A stretch of 32,000 nucleotides of DNA from Candidatus Bathyarchaeota archaeon (lineage in GTDB: Archaea; Thermoproteota; Bathyarchaeia; Bathyarchaeales; Bathyarchaeaceae): NCBI GenBank assembly GCA_020348865.1, contig CP070754.1, positions 962,938 through 994,937 on the forward strand. Direction: 5' to 3'. Positions 1 through 6,514 of the stretch are shown in pieces. The notes beneath the pieces are model-generated. The model saw only the letters and a list, made by a program, of their open reading frames with translations, ran no database searches and had not been told where the DNA came from. A program made the position numbers and the translations under genes. Every line of letters starts with the position of its first letter. Position 1 is the stretch's first letter.

Positions 1-605
1 CTATGGAAACTTGGATACGTTTGCTTGCCCCTTTTGCACCCTACACCTGCGAGGAACTCTGGAGCAAGCTGGGTAGAGAAGGGTTCATTTCATTGTCCGA
101 GTGGCCCACCTACAACAAAAAGAGGGTTGATACCCGGGCGGAAGAAACAGAAGCCTTCATAAAAAACGTGTTAGATGACACTTCAAATATTCTACGTGCA
201 ACCAAAATCAAGCCAAAAAGAATTCATTACTATTTGGCAGCACCTTGGAAGTGGAGGGTTTACATGAAGTTGCTGGAAGAATCGTCTTTGACCAAAATCG
301 TTCAAAGCAAGGCTATGAAAGAGTTGATGAAGGACACCAGCATGAAGAAAATAGAACCTGAAGTCGCGAAATTCGTTAGTCAAATCGTCAACGAAATTAA
401 CCGAATGCCAGACGACAAGAAAGATAGACAGTTAAGAGCGGAGACTATTGATGAAAACCAAGTGTTGAAGGAGGCTGAAACCTTTCTTGAACGTGAACTC
501 AACGCAAAGATTCTCACACATCTTGAAGAAGATCCGGAACGTCATGACCCAAAGAAAAGAGCAGGATTAGCCAAGCCATATCGCCCTGCTATCTACATTG
601 AATAA
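1..605 (+). CDS. leuS: Leucyl-tRNA synthetase, C-terminal part (5' end lies outside the window)
   Basis: The ORF is open to the left edge of the window. 'WIRLLAPFAPYTCEELW' matches the conserved LAPFxPHxxEELW block of archaeal/eukaryotic-type LeuRS. A charged C-terminal extension follows, ending at stop TAA 603-605. Confidence 0.8.
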   Translation, partial: METWIRLLAPFAPYTCEELWSKLGREGFISLSEWPTYNKKRVDTRAEETEAFIKNVLDDTSNILRATKIKPKRIHYYLAAPWKWRVYMKLLEESSLTKIVQSKAMKELMKDTSMKKIEPEVAKFVSQIVNEINRMPDDKKDRQLRAETIDENQVLKEAETFLERELNAKILTHLEEDPERHDPKKRAGLAKPYRPAIYIE

Positions 606-680
606 CGCCCTCCTTTACGTTAACAAATAACGCTTGCTTTGACACGGGAAAGAGAACACTGAGAATTCGCGTCAATTGGG

Positions 681-1103
681 TTAAGAATTGGATGCCTTGA
701 CGTAATTCGCTCTTCTGCGTCTAGCTTCTCTGTACTTCTGAAAAGTGCCTGCAAGTGAGAACGTTGAAGCTAACATCAATGGTATCCCCACATCTAGTAG
801 GGACAAGTGCCCACCACCATAAGCGAAGAAAAAAAACAAGAGCGAGAAACCTAATTCAATGGCAGCAATTACTGGTAATGCTACACCAAGAAGGGTTTGT
901 ATTCTCTCACCTGGACGCTTTAAGATTCGGAGAGAACTCAAGCCAATGGCAGTAAAAGTGAGACCGACTACGACCAAAGTCTCAACTGCACCGGCCCCAC
1001 TTAGATAAGAAATAAACGCGTAGTAGTAAAAAATGCATGCCAACCCGATGTTAGAGATGCCACTGCAAATCTCCAAAACTGAGGAAAGCCTCATTGGTAT
1101 CAC
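681..1103 (-). CDS. Hypothetical integral membrane protein (about 4 TM helices)
   Basis: A 140-aa ORF with four long hydrophobic stretches and a basic C-terminal tail (REARRRRANY). The start is GTG at 1103 or ATG at 1094. I recognise no family. Confidence 0.55.
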   Translation of the reverse strand: MIPMRLSSVLEICSGISNIGLACIFYYYAFISYLSGAGAVETLVVVGLTFTAIGLSSLRILKRPGERIQTLLGVALPVIAAIELGFSLLFFFFAYGGGHLSLLDVGIPLMLASTFSLAGTFQKYREARRRRANYVKASNS

Positions 1104-1125
1104 TAAAATGAACGTTACATTTCTT

Positions 1126-1139
1126 CAGATATTTATCTG
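1126..1139 (-). promoter_or_regulatory. Putative TATA box embedded in a CAGAT/ATCTG palindrome, upstream of the 681-1103 gene
   Basis: CAGATATTTATCTG lies about 25-35 nt upstream of the GTG/ATG starts at 1103/1094. This is an AT-rich core at typical archaeal TATA spacing. Confidence 0.35.
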
Positions 1140-1284
1140 ATTCGACACGAATTCTGATGCCACAATGACTATTCATGCACATGATTCCGCGCTCGCTTTC
1201 TTCCTTTGAACGAGTAGGCAAGACTTCTTCATAAGCGGTCCAACCAACGTGCTGGGGCCTTCTTCGACCAGCTAGAAAAATGGA

Positions 1285-1292
1285 CTTATAAG
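1285..1292 (+). promoter_or_regulatory. Putative TATA box (CTTATAAG) for the 1330-1776 gene
   Basis: A perfect 8-nt AT-rich palindrome about 40 nt upstream of the TTG start at 1330. AGGTG at 1314-1318 lies between them. Confidence 0.4.
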
Positions 1293-1329
1293 GTCATATC
1301 CGAAGAATATCAATAGGTGCGTCGCACTA

Positions 1330-1776
1330 TTGCCAACTGAAGACGAAAAGAAGCTGGAATTTGAACTTCGTGGCAAAGCTTGGAAAGTCTACTGGCTACT
1401 TCTGAAAAGAGGATGCTCAATGAGTGTAAGGGAAGTTCAAAGAGCTTTAAATTTCAGCAGTCCAAGCGTGGCGCAACATCATCTCGAACATTTGTGCGAG
1501 TTAGGCTTGGTCAAGAAACAAAGTGCAGGGGGCAACTATCTATTGACTAGCGAGGTCAAAATCGGAGTGCTGAGGCACTTTGTCAAGTTGGGAAGGCTGC
1601 TGTTTCCAAGATATTTCTTTTACGCAATTTTCTCCTCAACTTTCTACATAGCTTATCTTGCAACGATGATGCAAAGCCTCACGCGGGAGAACCTGTTTAT
1701 CTCCGTTTTCGGAGCGCTAGTCTCAGCCATATTCTGGTATGAAGCTCTCAGAGTGTGGCGTTTGAAACCCTATTAG
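1330..1776 (+). CDS. Winged-helix DNA-binding protein (ArsR/TrmB-like) with C-terminal membrane anchor
   Basis: TTG start. The N-terminal 75 aa look like a wHTH ('MSVREVQRALNFSSPSVAQHHLEHLCELGLV'). The C-terminal half has two hydrophobic helices ('YFFYAIFSSTFYIAYLATMM', 'LFISVFGALVSAIFWY'). Confidence 0.7.
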   Translation: MPTEDEKKLEFELRGKAWKVYWLLLKRGCSMSVREVQRALNFSSPSVAQHHLEHLCELGLVKKQSAGGNYLLTSEVKIGVLRHFVKLGRLLFPRYFFYAIFSSTFYIAYLATMMQSLTRENLFISVFGALVSAIFWYEALRVWRLKPY

Positions 1777-1914
1777 CAATCTGTACTAGCTTCTAGGCAA
1801 AATAAACCAAAACCTAGGATGAAATAGAACGGTTTCCTACGTTTGTGTGGTGCAAGATTTGTAGAGAGAAATAAGGAAAAAGCCTGTTGCACGCTTTTTC
1901 TTTTGGAGCGCTAG

Positions 1915-2002
1915 CGGGCCCGCGGGGAATTGAACCCCGGATCTTCGGCTTTCTCCTTCGTGTTAGAAGGCCGACGCCTTATCCAGACTAGGCCACGGGC
2001 CC
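1915..2002 (-). tRNA. tRNA-Arg (anticodon UCU) with a 13-nt intron at or near position 37/38 (intron about 1951-1963)
   Basis: The reverse complement folds as a perfect cloverleaf. Acceptor stem GGGCCCG/CGGGCCC; D stem GCCT/AGGC; anticodon stem TCGGC/GCCGA; loop CUUCUAA; T arm CGGGG-TTCAATT-CCCCG; discriminator G. No CCA is encoded. The 13 extra nt (ACACGAAGGAGAA) contain GAAGG, which can pair with the exon CCTTC as in a bulge-helix-bulge substrate. Confidence 0.88.
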
Positions 2003-2030
2003 TTTGCCGAATTCTAAACGATAAACAAAT

Positions 2031-2040
2031 CCTTTATACC
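2031..2040 (-). promoter_or_regulatory. TATA box of the tRNA-Arg promoter
   Basis: The minus strand reads GGTATAAAGG, centred about 34 nt upstream of the mature tRNA 5' end at 2002. Confidence 0.5.
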
Positions 2041-2284
2041 TTTCGTAGCCTGAGCATCCCGCACTCTTAAAAGAGATAAAAGCCAGACGCCTAACGACCC
2101 CTAACGCCAAAACGCAAGCAGAACAAATATGTATGAGAGCTCCGTGTTGCATCGGCTGCGCATGAAGTGTCCTCCAACACGCAACAAGGCTTGGAAGCAT
2201 ACAGAAACTATAAATCTCATCAAGTCAAAAATAGATAGCACACTTTCATTATTTGACTCGTCGATGTGTAAAAGGGGACATAAA

Positions 2285-3019
2285 ATGAGCAGTACACATG
2301 CAGAAAATCTGAAACTCCGGTTAATGACTATTGAACTACTCAAAACAGCGAAGAAACAATACACCTACAGAGAATTATCCACCAAAACAGACTTACCCGT
2401 AACAGTTCTAAGCAGGTACGCAAAAGGCCACGTTCTACCCAACGCAGCAAGGGCCAAGCAACTCTGGGACGTCTTAACGAAACTTGTCGGCCTGGAGGCT
2501 GAGCTTCATAGAATAATTCGATTCAATCAAGATGGATACTTTGACAACACTTCAATCGTTGGAGACTACAACATACTCAAACAAGCCGCACACCACGCTC
2601 TGGCAACGTTCGCAGGAAAACGTGTGACAAAAATCTTAACCGCAGCCGTCGATGGCGTACCCCTGGCAACTATGGTTGCAAATTCACTTGGTGTCAATCT
2701 TGCAGTTGCAAAGAGAGCAAAAGAGGTTGGAGTCCCAGCATTTCTGGAAGAGACGTACGTACTTAGAGGTTCGGGTGTAACCATTACACTTTATCTCCCA
2801 AAAAACGCTCTCAAAAGGAGAGATAGTGTGCTCGTCGTGGACGATATGATAAAAACCGGGGAAACCCAAGCCGCCCTCGTCAGCCTCGTTCACAAAGCGA
2901 AAGCTGAGGTTTCAGGAATCTTCTCCCTCATCGCCATCGGAGATGAATGGCAGAAAAGATTAAAGCTACCCAAGAGATGCCCAGTCGAAGTCGTAACAAA
3001 GGTCAAGCCGAAAAAGTAG
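2285..3019 (+). CDS. HTH domain fused to a type I phosphoribosyltransferase domain (PurR/GfcR-like putative regulator)
   Basis: I chose the ATG at 2285, preceded by AAGGGG, over the 2129 ORF start. The N-terminal HTH is 'YTYRELSTKTDLPVTVLSRYAKGHVLP'. The C-terminal PRT domain carries the PRPP-binding loop 'VLVVDDMIKTGETQ'. Confidence 0.75.
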   Translation: MSSTHAENLKLRLMTIELLKTAKKQYTYRELSTKTDLPVTVLSRYAKGHVLPNAARAKQLWDVLTKLVGLEAELHRIIRFNQDGYFDNTSIVGDYNILKQAAHHALATFAGKRVTKILTAAVDGVPLATMVANSLGVNLAVAKRAKEVGVPAFLEETYVLRGSGVTITLYLPKNALKRRDSVLVVDDMIKTGETQAALVSLVHKAKAEVSGIFSLIAIGDEWQKRLKLPKRCPVEVVTKVKPKK

Positions 3020-3115
3020 CCAGACAAGCACTCAAAATCATGTATACAAGCTTCTCAACCAAAAGATCAGTCAGATCTTCCACGTCGGTGTGCCCTTCAT
3101 TTCAGTGCACCGAAG

Positions 3116-3127
3116 CATATTAAAAAA
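3116..3127 (+). promoter_or_regulatory. Putative TATA box for mtnA
   Basis: CATATTAAAAAA lies about 40 nt upstream of the ATG at 3164. Confidence 0.4.
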
Positions 3128-3163
3128 CAGTCAGGTGAATAAAGAGTCCTAGCGGTGCAGACC

Positions 3164-4192
3164 ATGAGAACCATAGAGTGGAGAGACGGCACACTAGCAA
3201 CATTAGACCAGACGAAGCTTCCCAATGAAAACCTCATCCTAGAAATGAGAGAATGCGAAGAGGTGGCTTTCGCCATCAAAGAGATGAAGATGAGGGGAGC
3301 CCCACTCATCGGGGTTGCGGCAGCATACGGCTTAGCCCTCACAGCTTATCATTCAAAAGCCAAGACAAGGGAGGATTTGATAAGGCAAATAGAAGCGTCA
3401 GCAAAGATTTTGATAGAAACAAGACCAACTGCTGTGAATCTTTTCTGGGCGGTTGAACGAATCTTGAGAAAAGCACGTGGGACCACAGGCGATGCAGAAA
3501 CCGTGACCAGAGTCGTGGTGAATGAGGCTCAAAGAATGGCAGATGAGGACGTTGAAGCCAACCTCAAGATTGGTGAACATGGAGCTGAATTAATCAACGA
3601 CAAAGATGTCATTCTAACTCACTGCAACGCTGGCAGCTTGGCCACAGTTGATCACGGCACTGCACTGGGAATCGTACGGACTGCATGGGCCCAAGGCAAG
3701 AAGATTGCAGTGATTGCCACTGAAACAAGACCTAAACTGCAAGGTGCGAGGCTCACCGCATACGAACTAAAACGCGATGGAATCCCAGTCAGTTTGATTA
3801 CAGACAACATGGTGGGTTACGTTATGTCCAGACGGCTAATTAACGAGGTTGTGGTTGGTGCGGATAGAATAGTTCGGGACGCTGTGATAAATAAGATCGG
3901 CACCTATTCCCTCGCCGTGCTCGCTCACGAACACAATATTCCATTTTATGTTGCCGCCCCCAAATCAACATTTGACTTGGTTCACACTTCAAAAGATGCG
4001 ATCATTGAGAAAAGAAATGCTGACGAAGTAACGTACATTGGTTCTCAAAGGATAGCTCCAATGGGAGTAAAAGTGTTGAATCCTGCATTCGACATTACTC
4101 CAATCAAATACGTGAGTGGTATCATATGTGAAACCGGTGTGCTATCCAAGACCAAGCTTGAGAAACTTGCAACGGCCTCAAAGCATGGTTGA
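3164..4192 (+). CDS. mtnA: S-methyl-5-thioribose-1-phosphate isomerase (eIF-2B alpha/beta/delta family)
   Basis: The N-terminus 'MRTIEWRDGTLATLDQTKLP' followed by 'RGAPLIGVAAAYGLAL' is the MtnA signature, not that of the shorter ribose-1,5-bisphosphate isomerase branch. GTG at 3155 is an alternative start. Confidence 0.85.
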   Translation: MRTIEWRDGTLATLDQTKLPNENLILEMRECEEVAFAIKEMKMRGAPLIGVAAAYGLALTAYHSKAKTREDLIRQIEASAKILIETRPTAVNLFWAVERILRKARGTTGDAETVTRVVVNEAQRMADEDVEANLKIGEHGAELINDKDVILTHCNAGSLATVDHGTALGIVRTAWAQGKKIAVIATETRPKLQGARLTAYELKRDGIPVSLITDNMVGYVMSRRLINEVVVGADRIVRDAVINKIGTYSLAVLAHEHNIPFYVAAPKSTFDLVHTSKDAIIEKRNADEVTYIGSQRIAPMGVKVLNPAFDITPIKYVSGIICETGVLSKTKLEKLATASKHG

Positions 4193-4270
4193 GGCTGTAC
4201 CGCTCGCTTACATATGTGCACAAGACTTCAAGAGCAACAATCCTCAACATGTGCGTGCGAGTTTGCATTC

Positions 4271-4296
4271 ACGGTCCACAACAAGGTGTGGACCGT
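4271..4296. terminator. Perfect 10-bp hairpin between convergent genes (possible bidirectional terminator or RNA element)
   Basis: ACGGTCCACA (4271-4280) pairs with TGTGGACCGT (4287-4296) across a 6-nt loop. It sits in the 186-nt gap between the mtnA stop (4192) and the stop of the 4379-4717 gene. Confidence 0.3.
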
Positions 4297-4378
4297 CCTT
4301 CAACACCAGTCATACCCCTCTAGAAACTGAAGAGACCTGTCTAAGATGCACGCAACCTATATGGTATCTTTGAAAGCA

Positions 4379-4717
4379 TTAAATGCGTTCAAGTTTGAAG
4401 ATGACGGGTCTCAATCCGTCAGTACAACAGTTTACTGCAACGCCTTTCTCCTCATACCAAGGAAGACTGCCGCCGAAAGCCAATGTCCTAATGTTACAGT
4501 AAATCGTATGCCACGCGGAGGTGCAGAAACCCTCTGGCATCCTCCCTGCCTCAACGATGAACTCCTGATTATCCTTGAACAGCTTACAAGGTCCAAGGGG
4601 TTCTACAGGGGTTACTGGGCTCTGTTCAAAAACCCCAGATGGACTTAACCGTTTCAGCACGGTTATCTTAACCTTGCGCAGCTCAACCAATCCAATCACA
4701 TCCACATATGCACCCAT
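4379..4717 (-). CDS. Small Cys-rich protein, TIGR04076-like
   Basis: 'VKITVLKR...GPCKLFKDNQEFIV...GFCTSAWHTIY...VNCCTDGLRPVIFKLERI' matches my memory of the TIGR04076 pattern (CP-F-G-F, FC-AW, C-DG-RPV-F-L-R). The start is uncertain: ATG 4717, TTG 4690 or ATG 4759. Confidence 0.65.
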   Translation of the reverse strand: MGAYVDVIGLVELRKVKITVLKRLSPSGVFEQSPVTPVEPLGPCKLFKDNQEFIVEAGRMPEGFCTSAWHTIYCNIRTLAFGGSLPWYEEKGVAVNCCTDGLRPVIFKLERI

Positions 4718-4927
4718 CTGAACCAGCAAGCATCTTAAGTGTTGAGCAAAGTTTCTCAACCGCTACTGGAAACCTAGGAAAGAGCCTTCCGTAATTGTTG
4801 GATGCGCACGCATGCAGTCTAAGTGTAGAAAATGAGATGTATGTACACATGTCAGTCAAATGTCAATCACCCGAAACAAAAGAAGTTTACAGAGAACGCT
4901 TTATTTTGTGGGGCGTCTTAATGAAGG

Positions 4928-5239
4928 ATGGCTCTGGAAGACATGCAGAAACCGAGGATACCCTTCGTAGTGGAGCTTTGTTCCGACAAAGCAGCTTTTG
5001 AGGTCAAAATACGGCGCAAGATCTCTTTTGACATGGCTGAGTTGGAACGACTGCTCAGATTTGCGAAAGGAAACGATATTATGGTAGATACTCCGCACAT
5101 TCTGATTTTTAGGAATCACGGAGCTGAAATAACTCTATCCAAAAATGGGAGAATGCTAATCAAAAAGGTTCGAAACGAGAAAGAAGCCATGGCAGTCGCT
5201 CGTAAAGTTCTAGATATTGCATCAGAATCCCTACTCTAA
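4928..5239 (+). CDS. Hypothetical small soluble protein (103 aa)
   Basis: The ATG at 4928 lies about 30 nt downstream of GCTTTATTTT. The amino-acid composition is protein-like and I recognise no family. Its stop codon overlaps the stop of the convergent thiI-like gene. Confidence 0.5.
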   Translation: MALEDMQKPRIPFVVELCSDKAAFEVKIRRKISFDMAELERLLRFAKGNDIMVDTPHILIFRNHGAEITLSKNGRMLIKKVRNEKEAMAVARKVLDIASESLL

Positions 5240-5940
5240 ATTTCAAGTAGAGCTACGCCCCTCAGATCACGATTAATCATTGTCTCTAAATCCAGGCGTT
5301 CTTCAGCCCTTTGGATCTCCTCCAATCTGGCTCGTGTTCGGGGTTTAGGAGGTGGCCCAGAGCAGCAGGAAGCCGGTTTTGTCGATGTATCGAACGATCC
5401 GATTCTTCTTGCCAAGTTCTCAACCTCCTGTTTATCCATGCCTAGTAAAGGACGTAGCACAGTGACATCAGAGATAGCTTGATTCTCAACACGAAGATTA
5501 ACCAGCGTCTGACTTGCATGTTCACCAATGATTTCGCCCGTTGCTATAGCGTCTGCTTTCTCTAGTAGGGCGATTCTCTCTGCTAGCCGGTACATCATTC
5601 GTCGGCAAACCACGCAAGTTAGGTTTCTTGGGCAGTTTCTCAGAATGTCTGCAAGATCATCACCATGGGGAATCACATAAACTTTGATGTGACAGCCCGG
5701 CACGAACGAGCTCAGTTTTCGCATGGCGTCTAGGGCCCTCTGCTTTGTGTCTTCGTCGGTAAATGGATAATTGTCAAAGAAAACGAACACTGGGACACAC
5801 CCCTTTTCCATTAGTAGCCAAGCAGCAACAGGGGAATCAATCCCGCCTGATACGAGACAGACCACTTTGCCTTTTGACCCATAAGAAGGACAAGCAGAAG
5901 AAGGCTCTCCTTCTACTTTGCCTGTTCTTTGAGTTTTCAT
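5236..5940 (-). CDS. thiI: ThiI-like PP-loop ATPase/sulfurtransferase, catalytic domain only (no THUMP or ferredoxin-like N-domain, no rhodanese)
   Basis: The PP-loop 'CLVSGGIDSPVAAWLL' is the ThiI form of SGGxDS. 'TCVVCRRMMYRLAE' (CxxC) plus the downstream 'ASCCSGPP' fit the Cys triad of archaeal Fe-S-dependent ThiI. Only about 25 aa precede the PP-loop. Confidence 0.8.
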   Translation of the reverse strand: MKTQRTGKVEGEPSSACPSYGSKGKVVCLVSGGIDSPVAAWLLMEKGCVPVFVFFDNYPFTDEDTKQRALDAMRKLSSFVPGCHIKVYVIPHGDDLADILRNCPRNLTCVVCRRMMYRLAERIALLEKADAIATGEIIGEHASQTLVNLRVENQAISDVTVLRPLLGMDKQEVENLARRIGSFDTSTKPASCCSGPPPKPRTRARLEEIQRAEERLDLETMINRDLRGVALLEI

Positions 5941-6059
5941 AGCACTGCTGATGATTGCTCCGATCCCCCTTTCCTCTTCTACCGCACACTGGTGTGTACA
6001 TTCAAAACCATTGTTACAGTCTAGTCATAAATCAGTCTTATTGTCTTTGCATGCATGCA

Positions 6060-6269
6060 GGTCTCCGGTATAGAGAGGCAATAATATCCGTGATAATAGG
6101 TTCTTCTAACCATTTCGAAATCGCAAGAGCCACCGCTATCAGCCTTTATGGATTCGGCTCACAGGTCGCACTAGGGACAACAATGGGTCTGTTTTGGGAG
6201 GTTCCAGTTATGCTCAGCATAGTGTATCTAGGTAAAAAACTGAACGATAGAGGATTCTGGAAAAAATGA
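6060..6269 (+). pseudogene. acr3: C-terminal remnant of an ACR3-family arsenite efflux carrier
   Basis: 'SSNHFEIARATAISLYGFGSQVALGTTMGLFWEVPVMLSIVYL' aligns with the ACR3 C-terminus (SNNFELAIAVA...FG..S.AA....GPLIEVPVML.LV). The remaining ~280 aa of a normal ACR3 are absent. The upstream part of ORF 5955-6269 looks non-coding. Confidence 0.6.
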
Positions 6270-6469
6270 TGTCTCCATATGACCCTGCAAACGCGCATGG
6301 GCTATTCGTATCTACGCAGATACATGACGCTTTCTTCTGGGCTTTCAACCACTTTGGTAATTCTTATTTTCCTTTTCAAAGCGTTCACTAAGAGGTCTTT
6401 GGTTTTTTACAGTATTTGTCGTTTATGAATCCAGAATACAGAAGGTGCATGTATGTGTTGGAGAACCAA

Positions 6470-6483
6470 GGCTTATATTAGCC
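6470..6483 (+). promoter_or_regulatory. Putative TATA box (GGCTTATATTAGCC) for the MFS transporter gene
   Basis: An AT-rich core flanked by GGCT/AGCC arms, centred about 39 nt upstream of the ATG at 6515. This placement is incompatible with the 6485 ORF start. Confidence 0.45.
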
Positions 6484-6514
6484 GGTGTTTTTGCTTTGTG
6501 AAAGAGTGAGGTTC

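Noticed and set aside
2129-2284. A 52-codon N-terminal extension of the HTH-PRT gene in the ORF track.
   Set aside because: The extension is Cys/Lys/Arg-rich and would place the start within ~130 nt of the divergent tRNA promoter. The ATG at 2285 has an AAGGGG upstream and yields a normal HTH N-terminus.
4346-4648. A 100-aa plus-strand ORF antisense to the TIGR04076-like gene, together with the 85-aa ORF at 4116-4373.
   Set aside because: The minus-strand frame carries the recognisable Cys-rich family pattern. The plus-strand products have no motifs and overlap the mtnA 3' end or the hairpin region.
5236-5239. Overlapping stop codons of two convergent genes (CTAA is shared: TAA on plus, TAG on minus).
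   Set aside because: This is real but a trivial consequence of compact gene packing. It is mentioned only as context for the thiI-like cluster.
5955-6059. The front part of the 104-aa ORF 5955-6269, which would make it an intact small gene.
   Set aside because: Only the C-terminal two-thirds resembles ACR3. The first ~35 codons (MLRSPFPLLPHTGVYIQNHCYS...) look like translated non-coding DNA. They overlap the promoter region of the thiI-like gene.
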